A stretch of 22,198 nt of DNA from Dehalococcoidia bacterium (lineage in GTDB: Bacteria; Chloroflexota; Dehalococcoidia; DSTF01; RBG-16-68-14). The notes under the pieces are model-generated. The model did not search any database. It was not told the origin of the DNA and saw only the letters and a program-made list of their open reading frames with translations. The stretch lies in contig JBBEBM010000017.1 of NCBI GenBank assembly GCA_040882355.1, forward strand, positions 124,001 to 146,198, in the 5' to 3' direction. This document shows positions 9,597 through 17,045 of this stretch, piece after piece (the stretch's first letter is position 1; every line of letters begins with the position of its first letter). The position numbers and the translations under genes were made by a program.

Positions 9597-10595
9597 ATGT
9601 CGCCCAAACCAGTCGTCGCCTTAGCACAGATTGTCGAGCACGTTCGCAGAGTGTACGGGATCGACGCGCGTGAGGTTGGCCTCGCTGCTGGCGCAGATGC
9701 GGGGGTTACGGTGTACCGCATCGGCAGCGATCAGGGAGCTTACTTTCTAAAGCTCAGGGCAGAACAACCAGAGAGCGCGCCGCTCGCTCGATGGCTCGCC
9801 GACGCCGGGCTCACCGCCGTGGTCGCGCCGGTGAGGCCGCGCGAGGAACACCTTTCGACCCGGATCGGAGGTCTGACAGCGACCATCTATCCGTTTGTCG
9901 AAGGGGAGAACGGCTTTCACCGGCCGCTGAACGAAGACCAGTGGACCGCACTTGGCGCCGTGGTCCGGGCGGTGCACGATTTCATGCTGCCACGCAATGT
10001 CGGCGAATCGATGCGCCGGGAGACCTACTCTTACGCCTCGCGCGCCAAGGTCCTCGCCTACCTGGCGGCCGTTCCGCCGCAGAGCCTGAATGACGCCGTT
10101 GCACGCGAGCTCATCGCGCTGCTCAGGACCAGGGAGCTGGAGATAGCCGCGCTCGTGGAGCACGCGGAGCAACTGGCGGCGTCGCTCCAGCAAAGGGTCT
10201 TGCCACAAGTCCCCAGCCACGGCGATCTTCACGCGGGCAACATCCTGATCGACCGTGCGGGATCGTTGTTCATCGTGGACTGGGACGATGCGGCACTCGC
10301 GCCTAAGGAGCGCGACCTCATGTTTGTCGGCGGAGGTGTCGGCGGGGTCTGGAACCGTCCGCATGAGTCGGCCGCCTTCTACCGCGGCTACGGCCCAGCC
10401 TCGGTAGACGCCGAATCCCTGGCGTTCTACCGCTGCCAGCGCGTTGTCGAAGACGTCGCTGTCTTCTGCGATCAGCTCCTGCTGGAGGGTGGCGACCAGG
10501 GCGCCGAGCGAGAGGAGAGTCTGCAAAAGCTCATGGCCGCGTTCAATCCGAACGACGTGGTCGAGATCGCTGAGCGGACGTTCGCCGCTCTCTGA
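9597..10595 (+). CDS. Aminoglycoside phosphotransferase, APH(9)/spectinomycin kinase-like
   Basis: YGI..GAD, YFLKL, YPFVEGENGF, HGDLHAGNIL, IVDWD, LAPKERDLMFVGGGVGGVWNRPHE, RVVEDVA, FNPNDVVEIA. These match Legionella APH(9)-Ia motifs as I recall them. Start ATG 9597 preferred (TACCAT at 9582-9587). Substrate not proven. Confidence 0.85.
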   Translation: MSPKPVVALAQIVEHVRRVYGIDAREVGLAAGADAGVTVYRIGSDQGAYFLKLRAEQPESAPLARWLADAGLTAVVAPVRPREEHLSTRIGGLTATIYPFVEGENGFHRPLNEDQWTALGAVVRAVHDFMLPRNVGESMRRETYSYASRAKVLAYLAAVPPQSLNDAVARELIALLRTRELEIAALVEHAEQLAASLQQRVLPQVPSHGDLHAGNILIDRAGSLFIVDWDDAALAPKERDLMFVGGGVGGVWNRPHESAAFYRGYGPASVDAESLAFYRCQRVVEDVAVFCDQLLLEGGDQGAEREESLQKLMAAFNPNDVVEIAERTFAAL

Positions 10596-10679
10596 GGGCG
10601 CGGGGTCGCTTCGTAGGGGCGAGAGCCTGCCCTGAGCCCGTCGAAGGGTCTGGTCGCCCTGGCCGCACGCTAGTGCGCC
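10594..10679 (+). repeat. Direct-repeat unit B
   Basis: 10611-10659 is identical to 9453-9501 (49 bp). Preceded by GAGGGCGCGGGGTCGCTTCGTAG, a variant of the TIM-barrel gene end. Confidence 0.9.
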
Positions 10680-10737
10680 GCTACTAGGGCGGGCACGGTA
10701 GCGAAGCGCTCGCGTGGGGGCCGGTGCCTCGTCTTCG

Positions 10738-10820
10738 CTCGAGAATCGATCCAGTGCACGCCGGACCGCGCCCTCGCAGCGTCGATCGCGCCCCTGCGGG
10801 AGCGCGGCGTGGTGGCGTAG
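10738..10820 (+). pseudogene. Displaced, diverged copy of the 3' end of the TIM-barrel gene
   Basis: 10749-10820 reads IQCTPDRALAASIAPLRERGVVA* versus NQRTPDEAVAGAIAFLRERGVVS* (15/23 identical). No start codon; single-base insertions upstream. Confidence 0.85.
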
Positions 10821-10891
10821 CCTCGTAGGAGCGAGAGCCTGCCCTGAGCCCGTCGAAGGGTCTGGTCGCCCTGGGCGCACGCTAGTGCGCC
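10798..10891 (+). repeat. Direct-repeat unit C
   Basis: Same 41-bp core at 10831-10871 and GGCGCACGCTAGTGCGCC hairpin; 212 bp after unit B. Confidence 0.9.
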
Positions 10892-11231
10892 ACCACACCA
10901 GGTCGGTACGGCGAGAAACGCTCGCGCGCCCTTATCTTCGCTCTGACCTTGAGCCGGGGCGCCACCCACTCGTTCCATCTCTCCGGCTGCTGCTGTATCC
11001 TGGCCCCTCGATAACCCGGCGCAGGCATGCACCGCTGGAGGCATCAGGCGCCAGATTCGAATCGAGGAGGAATGAATCGTGTTCCGCTCAGAAAACGCGA
11101 TTTTGCCGAGCCAAATGCCATCATCTGGTTCCGCCGGCAGGCAGATCTGCGCCGCTTGGCGTTCGCCCTGCAACGCGATGCCCTCGCCTTGCTCAGCGAG
11201 CTCCGCGGCCCCGTGAGGGCGTCACCGGGCC

Positions 11232-11622
11232 GCGTCCTGAGCCTGTCGAAGGGCAGCGTCCTGAGCCTGTCGAAGGGCGTTTTGCCAAACAGAGTGGTCA
11301 ATCAAACGCCGCCAACAGCGCATCCGGCGGGCATTCGTACCCTCTCCCTTGGGGGAGGCCTGTCCTGAGCGGAGGCGAAGGAGTCGGCCGCAAGGCCGGG
11401 GTGAGGGTGAGCCGAAGGGAGTCAATCAAACGACCCGTTCAGATTCAGAGCCTGTCCTGAGCGAAGTCGAAGGGCCCGGCGCTCGTGGCGTCAGCCAGCT
11501 TCGCAGGACGTAGACCGAGAATGGCGCTTTTGCCAAACGGACTGGTCAATCAAACCTCGCCCCAGACTGCTGCGGACGGGGTCGAACTGCGAGCGTGGCC
11601 TGCCGTCGAGCGAAGCGAAGGG
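11232..11622. repeat. Dense cluster of CCTGAGC..CGAAGG modules, a CCCTCTCCC..GGTGAGGG-type repeat and a 28-bp direct repeat
   Basis: Modules at 11232-11254, 11256-11278, 11358-11382, 11450-11474 and a variant near 11598-11622. TTTTGCCAAACRGASTGGTCAATCAAAC at 11280-11307 and 11528-11555. Confidence 0.85.
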
Positions 11623-11642
11623 AACCTCGAACGTCGAGGAAG

Positions 11643-12479
11643 CTACCCGCCCAGCGAAAGCCCGACGCTGGGCCGGACGAGCACCTCGTCGACGTGGACG
11701 GAGGCCGGCTGGCTGACGGCGTAGAGCACCGCCCGCGCCAGGTCGTCGGGCGAGAGCAGGACGCCGGGGCGCTCTCGCAGGATGCGCTCGACGCCCTCCG
11801 CTGGCAGGTACTCGCCCTGACGGACGCCCTCCGCCTCCGGGTCGACGCCGAGCGCGCGGGCGGCGTTCGTGAGCACCTCCTGTGGCAGCGTGCGCCCGAA
11901 GTTCGTCAGCGTGCCGCCCGGCATGATCACGACGACGCGAATGCCGAGGTCGTGCACCTCCTGGCGCAGGCCGTCGCTGATGGCGTTGACCGCGTGCTTC
12001 GTCGCGCTGTAGACAGCGCCCGATGGGCCGGTGGCGCGCGCCGCGACGCTCGAGATGTTGACGATGGTGCCGCGCGGCGCATCGTTCGACTTCATCGCTC
12101 GAACGGCCTCGCGACAGCCGATGAGCAGCGCGAGCACGTTCGTCTCCAGCATCTCGCGCCAGCCGTCGACGCTGCCCTCGATGATGGTGCCGGGATGGCT
12201 GACGCCGGCGTTGTTCACCATGATGTCGAGGTGGCCGAACTGAGAGACCGCCGCGTCGACCAGCGCCGCGACCTGCTTCTCGTCGCGGACGTCCATCGTC
12301 TGCGCGAGCGCCTTGCCGCCCTGCGACTCGATCGCCGAGGTCACCTCGTCGAGCGCCGACTGCTTGCGGCCGCCCAGCGCGACCGCGGCGCCCTCCGCCG
12401 CGAACGAGAGCGCCGTCGCCCGGCCGATGCCGCTGCTGGCGCCCGTGATCACTGCTACCTTGCCGTCCAGTGTGCCCAT
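11643..12479 (-). CDS. Short-chain dehydrogenase/reductase (classical SDR)
   Basis: TGASSGIG, DV, VNNAG, NISS, YSATK. SD AGAGGAG upstream. Confidence 0.93.
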   Translation of the reverse strand: MGTLDGKVAVITGASSGIGRATALSFAAEGAAVALGGRKQSALDEVTSAIESQGGKALAQTMDVRDEKQVAALVDAAVSQFGHLDIMVNNAGVSHPGTIIEGSVDGWREMLETNVLALLIGCREAVRAMKSNDAPRGTIVNISSVAARATGPSGAVYSATKHAVNAISDGLRQEVHDLGIRVVVIMPGGTLTNFGRTLPQEVLTNAARALGVDPEAEGVRQGEYLPAEGVERILRERPGVLLSPDDLARAVLYAVSQPASVHVDEVLVRPSVGLSLGG

Positions 12480-12532
12480 GATCGGATATCTCCTCTCTGG
12501 ATGATGTACGCACCGGAATGACCGCCGGACGC

Positions 12533-12560
12533 ATTATAGAGGGGCGGGCGTCTCCCGCAA
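12533..12560 (-). promoter_or_regulatory. Sigma70-type promoter for the SDR gene
   Basis: Minus strand TTGCGG (12560-12555), 16 nt, TATAAT (12538-12533). Confidence 0.5.
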
Positions 12561-12643
12561 AGCCGTCGGACCTCGAGCCTCCGGCTTCAAGCCTGGGGCC
12601 CCCAGCTACCGCTCCGCCAGCCCGCTGGATATGCTGGAAGGCG

Positions 12644-13171
12644 ATGGCCCAGCTTGCAGCACCGCGCCGCCGTATCCGCGATCCGGAGTATCGCGCGCTT
12701 CGAAAGCTCGCCCGGCTGACCGCGCGGGGCATCCCGGACCACCCGCTCGACGCGCTCCAGCAGGTGACCGACCTGGCGCAGGAGCTGACGAAGGGCCGCT
12801 ACGCCGCGGTCGCCGTCACGGACGCGAAGGACAACGTGGAGGGCTTCGTGGTGAGCGGGCTGACGCCGGAGGAGGAGCGGAAGCTGAAGGCGCCGCCCCA
12901 GGGCCACGGCCCGCTCGGCACCATGCGACAGGACGGTCTGGTGGTGCGGATCAACGACCTCGGCCAGCACGGCCGCGCGTTCGGCTTCCCGCCGAAGCAC
13001 CCGTCGATGAAGACGCTCATCGGCGTGCCGATCTGGGTCGACGGCCACGTGCGTGGCGCGCTCTACGTGACCGATCGCGACGGTGGCAAGCCCTTCCGCA
13101 ACGGCGACGAGGTTGTGCTGCAGGTGCTCGCCCGTCACGCCGGCAGCGTGATCGCCGAACGCTGGTACTAG
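12644..13171 (+). CDS. Stand-alone GAF domain protein, DevS/DosS GAF-A-like
   Basis: RYAAVAV, FVVSGL, PQGHGPLG, GFPPKHPSM, LIGVPI, GALYVTD, KPF..DE..LQVLA. Stops right after the GAF domain. Confidence 0.85.
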   Translation: MAQLAAPRRRIRDPEYRALRKLARLTARGIPDHPLDALQQVTDLAQELTKGRYAAVAVTDAKDNVEGFVVSGLTPEEERKLKAPPQGHGPLGTMRQDGLVVRINDLGQHGRAFGFPPKHPSMKTLIGVPIWVDGHVRGALYVTDRDGGKPFRNGDEVVLQVLARHAGSVIAERWY

Positions 13172-13259
13172 TGCCAAGAGCGTACCGCGGACGGGAAGTC
13201 AGCGGCATGCGCGGCCCAACTTGGGCAACACGAACTTCGGTCGCGGGAGACGAATCGCA

Positions 13260-14126
13260 ATGCGGCTGCTAACGTACGAACGCGATGGCGCGCCCAGGCT
13301 CGGTCTATTGATCAGCGAGCGCGTCGTCGACGTGGCCGAGGCGAGCGGCGGGTCCCTGCCGGACGATATGCTCTCGTTCATCGAGCAGGGGGACCCGGCG
13401 CTCGATGGCGCGCGACGGCTGCAGGCGAGCGAGGGCGCCCGCGCGCTTGCGGAGACGAAGCTGCTGGCGCCGATTCCGCGCCCGCGGCGCAACGTGGTGT
13501 GCGTCGGGTTGAACTATGCCGAGCACGCCGCCGAGTCCCGCGTGACGCAGGGCCTGCCGGAGCACCCCGTGTACTTCACGAAGCCGCCGAGCACCGTGAT
13601 CGGGCCGGAGGCGGCGATCCCCTGGCATGGCGACGTCTCGACGAAGATCGACTGGGAGGTGGAGCTGGTCGTCGTCATCGGCAAGCGGGGACGGGACATC
13701 CCGGAGGAGCGCGCGCTCGATTACGTCTTCGGCTACACGGCCGGCAACGACGTGACGGCGCGCGACCTGCAGGCGATGCACCAGCAGTGGTACAAGGGCA
13801 AGGGGCTGGACGGCTTCTGTCCGCTCGGGCCGTGGATCGTCACGAAGGACGAGATCGCGGACCCGCAGGACGTGCGGCTCTCGCTGCGCGTGAACGGCGA
13901 GACGAAGCAGGACGCGCACACGAGCGACATGATCTTCGGCGTGGCGAAGCTGATCGCGGTCTGGTCGCAGGGGATGACGCTGGAGCCGGGCGACCTGCTG
14001 ATGACGGGGACGCCGTCTGGCGTCGGTTTCGCGCGGAAGCCGCCGGAGTACTTGAAGCCTGGCGACGTCGTCGAGGCGGAGATCGACGCGATCGGTGTGC
14101 TGCGCAACACCGTCGCAGCGGAATGA
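13260..14126 (+). CDS. Fumarylacetoacetate hydrolase family protein
   Basis: VCVGLNYAEHA, FTKPP, DWEVELVVVIGK, GNDVTARDLQ, KGLDGFCPLGP, TGTPSGVG. Confidence 0.93.
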   Translation: MRLLTYERDGAPRLGLLISERVVDVAEASGGSLPDDMLSFIEQGDPALDGARRLQASEGARALAETKLLAPIPRPRRNVVCVGLNYAEHAAESRVTQGLPEHPVYFTKPPSTVIGPEAAIPWHGDVSTKIDWEVELVVVIGKRGRDIPEERALDYVFGYTAGNDVTARDLQAMHQQWYKGKGLDGFCPLGPWIVTKDEIADPQDVRLSLRVNGETKQDAHTSDMIFGVAKLIAVWSQGMTLEPGDLLMTGTPSGVGFARKPPEYLKPGDVVEAEIDAIGVLRNTVAAE

Positions 14127-14140
14127 CAACGTGGTCATGA

Positions 14141-14170
14141 GCCACAGATTCACACAGATTGACACAGACG
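14141..14170. repeat. 10-bp tandem repeat x3 (nnCACAGAyk)
   Basis: GCCACAGATT CACACAGATT GACACAGACG. Confidence 0.7.
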
Positions 14171-14205
14171 GAGCGATTCAAAAGGTAAGCCAACGGGAGC
14201 TGCCG

Positions 14206-14255
14206 GATGCTTCGCGGAGTCTATCCTGAGCATCGCCGAAGGGCTCAGCATGACA
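14206..14255 (-). repeat. TGTCA-footed REP-like hairpin with a nested module in opposite orientation
   Basis: Outer GATGCTTCGC...GCTCAGCATGACA; inner TCCTGAGCATCGCCGAAGGG at 14224-14243. Confidence 0.75.
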
Positions 14256-14269
14256 GGTAAGAGGCTTCC

Positions 14270-15379
14270 ATGATCGTCGGTACTGTCCGCGAGCTGAAGG
14301 TGCAGGAGTACCGCGTCGGGCTGACGCCGGAGGGCGCCGACGCTCTCGCGCGGGCTGGCCATCGCGTGCTGGTGGAGGCGGGCGCGGGGCTGGGCAGCGG
14401 CTTCGACGACGAGGCGTACCGTCGCGTCGGCGCTGCGGTGGTCGCGGGCGCCGATGACGTCTGGCGCGAGGCGGGCCTGGTCGTAAAGGTGAAGGAGCCG
14501 ATTGGGCCGGAGCTTGGCCGCCTGCGGTCGGACCAGATCCTGTTCACCTACCTCCACCTCGCAGCACTGCCCGAGGTGACGAGAGCGCTGGTCGATTCGG
14601 GCGCTGTCGCTGTCGCGTACGAGACGGTGCAGCTCGCTGACGGCAGCCTGCCGCTGCTGATCCCGATGAGCGAGATCGCGGGTCGCATGGCGACGGAGGT
14701 CGCTGCGCAGTGGCTGCGCAAGCCGGGGCCGGGCCGGGGGAAGCTGATGTCCGGCCTGGCCGGATCGCCGCCGGCGCGGGTTGTGGTCCTGGGGGCGGGC
14801 ACCGTGGGGCAAAACGCCTGCGCCGTCGCTGCCGGCCTTGAGGCGCAGGTAACTGTGCTTGGCCAGGGCCTCGATCATCTTCGCGCGATCAATAACCGGT
14901 GGGCGGGCCGCGTGACCGTGCTCACGTCGACGCCGTACAACGTCGCGCGCTCGCTGGAGGGGGCCGACGCGCTCGTTACGGGGGTTCTGGTGCCGGGCGC
15001 GACCGCGCCGAAGCTGGTGCAACGCGAGCAGCTTCGCAGCATGGGCGAGGGCGCTGTCGCCGTGGTCGTCGACATCGACCAGGGGGGTGCGCTGGAGACG
15101 GCGCGCCCGACGACGCACGACAAGCCGGTGTTCGTCGAGGAGGGCGTGGTGCACTACTGCGTCGCGAACATGCCGGGCAGCGTGCCGCACACCTCGACCG
15201 CCGCTCTGACGGCGGCGACGCTGCCCTATGCCGTGCGGCTGGCGAACGAGGGCATCGACGCGCTGCGGAACGATCCAGCGCTGGCGGCGGGCGTGAACGT
15301 CGCGCGGGGCCGCGTTACGAACGCGGGCGTCGCTCAGGCGACCGGACGCCCGCTGACGTCGCCCCGCGAGGCGTTGTAA
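14270..15379 (+). CDS. ald: Alanine dehydrogenase
   Basis: EYRVGLTP, KVKEP, LFTYLHLA, AYETV, PMSEIAGR, GAGTVG, IDQGG, ETARPTTH, YCVANMPG. Confidence 0.93.
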   Translation: MIVGTVRELKVQEYRVGLTPEGADALARAGHRVLVEAGAGLGSGFDDEAYRRVGAAVVAGADDVWREAGLVVKVKEPIGPELGRLRSDQILFTYLHLAALPEVTRALVDSGAVAVAYETVQLADGSLPLLIPMSEIAGRMATEVAAQWLRKPGPGRGKLMSGLAGSPPARVVVLGAGTVGQNACAVAAGLEAQVTVLGQGLDHLRAINNRWAGRVTVLTSTPYNVARSLEGADALVTGVLVPGATAPKLVQREQLRSMGEGAVAVVVDIDQGGALETARPTTHDKPVFVEEGVVHYCVANMPGSVPHTSTAALTAATLPYAVRLANEGIDALRNDPALAAGVNVARGRVTNAGVAQATGRPLTSPREAL

Positions 15380-15399
15380 CGCGTAGAGGCGTTACCCCC

Positions 15400-15426
15400 T
15401 GTCATTCTGAGCATCGCGAAGAATCT
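15400..15426 (+). repeat. TGTCA-footed REP-like hairpin
   Basis: TGTCATTCTGAGCATCGCGAAGAATCT; inverted relative of the outer repeat at 14206-14255. Confidence 0.75.
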
Positions 15427-15489
15427 GGAGGCGGTGGGAGAGTGACCCTGCTGGTTGTTGTAGATGCGCCGTGCGCCCCCGCCCTCAGG

Positions 15490-15519
15490 TTGATCGCCTT
15501 TCAAGGCCGTTGTTATACT
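15490..15519 (+). promoter_or_regulatory. Sigma70 promoter of the tRNA operon
   Basis: TTGATC (15490-15495), 18 nt, extended -10 TGtTATACT (15511-15519), ending 11 nt before tRNA-Trp. Confidence 0.75.
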
Positions 15520-15530
15520 GACGGTTGCCT

Positions 15531-15606
15531 AGGAGTGTAGCTCAGTTGGAAGAGCAGCGGTCTCCAAAACCGCCGGTCGGGGGTTCGAGTCCCTCCACTC
15601 CTGCCA
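15531..15606 (+). tRNA. tRNA-Trp(CCA)
   Basis: Acceptor AGGAGTG/CACTCCT, anticodon arm GCGGT-CTCCAAA-ACCGC, TTCGAGT T-loop, encoded CCA. Confidence 0.97.
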
Positions 15607-15617
15607 GCACGCATCCG

Positions 15618-15702
15618 GCCGAGGTGGTGGAATTGGCAGACACGCGGTCTTGAGGGGGCCGTGCCTTCGGGCGTAGGGGTTCAAATCCCCTCCTCGGCAC
15701 CA
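15618..15702 (+). tRNA. tRNA-Leu(GAG)
   Basis: Acceptor GCCGAGG/CCTCGGC, anticodon loop TTGAGGG, long variable arm, TTCAAAT T-loop, ACCA end. Confidence 0.97.
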
Positions 15703-15753
15703 AACGAACCCTCCAGGGGCGCGGCCCTCGCGGCCGGACCCGATGACAGACGG

Positions 15754-15827
<74 letters not shown>

Positions 15828-15838
15828 GTGATTTAGAC

Positions 15839-15869
15839 ACGAAACCGGCTCTCCTGGGGCCGGTTTCGT
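15839..15869. terminator. Hairpin terminator between tRNA-Cys and the convergent integrase
   Basis: ACGAAACCGGCTC (15839-15851) pairs with GGGCCGGTTTCGT (15857-15869), one G-U pair. Confidence 0.7.
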
Positions 15870-15886
15870 CTGTCTACAAGGCGAGC

Positions 15887-15905
15887 TGCAAACGGATTGC
15901 AAACG
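15887..15905. repeat. Candidate integrase arm-type sites
   Basis: TGCAAACG direct repeat at 15887-15894 and 15898-15905 (11-bp period), between tRNA and int stop. Confidence 0.45.
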
Positions 15906-17045
15906 TTAGGTCCCGAAGACCAAGGCTGCGACCTGCTCCGCCGCCTGCTCCTGGAGCGCGGGAATGCTGTGCGAGTAGGTGTCTAGAGTGATCGACACAG
16001 TTGCGTGGCCGAGGCGTTCCGACACGACCTTCGGGTGAACGCCGGCCGCCAGGGCGAGGGTCGCATGAGTATGGCGAAGATCATGCAGCCGAATCGCAGG
16101 CAGCCCGGCTTTGGAGACGCGCTGGCGAAACGCACGGGTCATCCAGGCAGGGCGCACGGGTGCACCGTCAGCTTGGCAGAAGACCAGGCCCGCCTCGTTG
16201 TAGCCCGTACCAAAGGCTAGGCGCTCTTCGAGCTGGCGCGCTCGGTGCGAGCGGAGCGCTGAGATCGTCACTTGATCGAGTGCCACTAGACGCCGGCCCT
16301 TCGCTGTCTTCGGGGCGCCGACAGTCAGCTCGTTGCCGACATCCAGTAGGGTCTGAGTGATGGCCGCGCGGCCCGCGTCCAGGTCCACGTCTCGCCAACG
16401 GAGCCCAAGTACTTCACCCCGTCGAAGCCCCGTGCTCGCGCTCAGCAGCCACAGCGCGTAGAGACGGTCCTCGCGTGTCCAATCAAGAAACGCGCGCAGC
16501 TCTGCGGGCCGCCAAGTCAGCATATCTCGGTTGCTCGCGCGCGGTGGATCGGCATGGTCGGCCGGATTGTTGGGCACCTGTCGCCAACGCGCGGCGTCTC
16601 GAAGCGCCCGGTGGAGCACGCGGTGAATGTGGCCGACGGTGCGAGCACTCAGGGGCCCCCCGCCGTCCTTCCGGCCGTCAGCGAGGAGCCCAGCGTAGAA
16701 GGTGTTGAGGACCTGAGGAGTGAGCTGCTGGATCGGCACGCTACCCAGGCGCGGAATGACATGGGCCTCGACGTTCTTGCGGTAGCCGTGCCACGTCGAG
16801 GGCCGGAGTTGCGCCTTGCGAGCCTCCAGCCAAGCCCGCATGAACGTTGCTACCGTCACCTTGTGCGGCTCTACGTACCGGCCGGACTGAAGACGTCCTA
16901 ATATCTCGGTCAGCGCCCGCTCGGCGTCCCGCTTCGTGTCAAAGCCCGAATGCCAGCGCTGCTTACGCCTCCCGCTTTCGGCGCGCTCGGTGTCGACCAC
17001 CACCACCCATTTTTTCCCCCGTCGCCTTACGTGTCCTCTTGCCAT
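15906..17045 (-). CDS. int: Tyrosine recombinase/integrase with N-terminal arm-binding domain
   Basis: N-terminus MARGHVRRRGKKW..GFDTKRDAE; catalytic TGLRRGE, PKT, HDLRHT, LGH, TYSH. SD AGAAGGGAGA before ATG 17045. Confidence 0.95.
   Translation of the reverse strand: MARGHVRRRGKKWVVVVDTERAESGRRKQRWHSGFDTKRDAERALTEILGRLQSGRYVEPHKVTVATFMRAWLEARKAQLRPSTWHGYRKNVEAHVIPRLGSVPIQQLTPQVLNTFYAGLLADGRKDGGGPLSARTVGHIHRVLHRALRDAARWRQVPNNPADHADPPRASNRDMLTWRPAELRAFLDWTREDRLYALWLLSASTGLRRGEVLGLRWRDVDLDAGRAAITQTLLDVGNELTVGAPKTAKGRRLVALDQVTISALRSHRARQLEERLAFGTGYNEAGLVFCQADGAPVRPAWMTRAFRQRVSKAGLPAIRLHDLRHTHATLALAAGVHPKVVSERLGHATVSITLDTYSHSIPALQEQAAEQVAALVFGT

Noticed and set aside
9420..10891. Integron attC cassette array
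   Set aside because: The repeats lack RYYYAAC/GTTRRRY ends, and the window's integrase is a phage/ICE-type enzyme at a tRNA, not IntI.
10670..11460. ORFs 10714-11460, 11027-11368, 10670-11173 and 11044-11301 as real genes
   Set aside because: Largely translations of repeats (ACPEPVEG, VLSLSKG, PFDRLR) with no recognisable domain. A decayed gene after the SD at 11064 cannot be excluded.
11232..11555. Possible CRISPR array
   Set aside because: The 23-bp copies are separated by 1 nt or are irregularly spaced, the 28-bp repeat has only two full copies 248 bp apart, and no cas genes are present.
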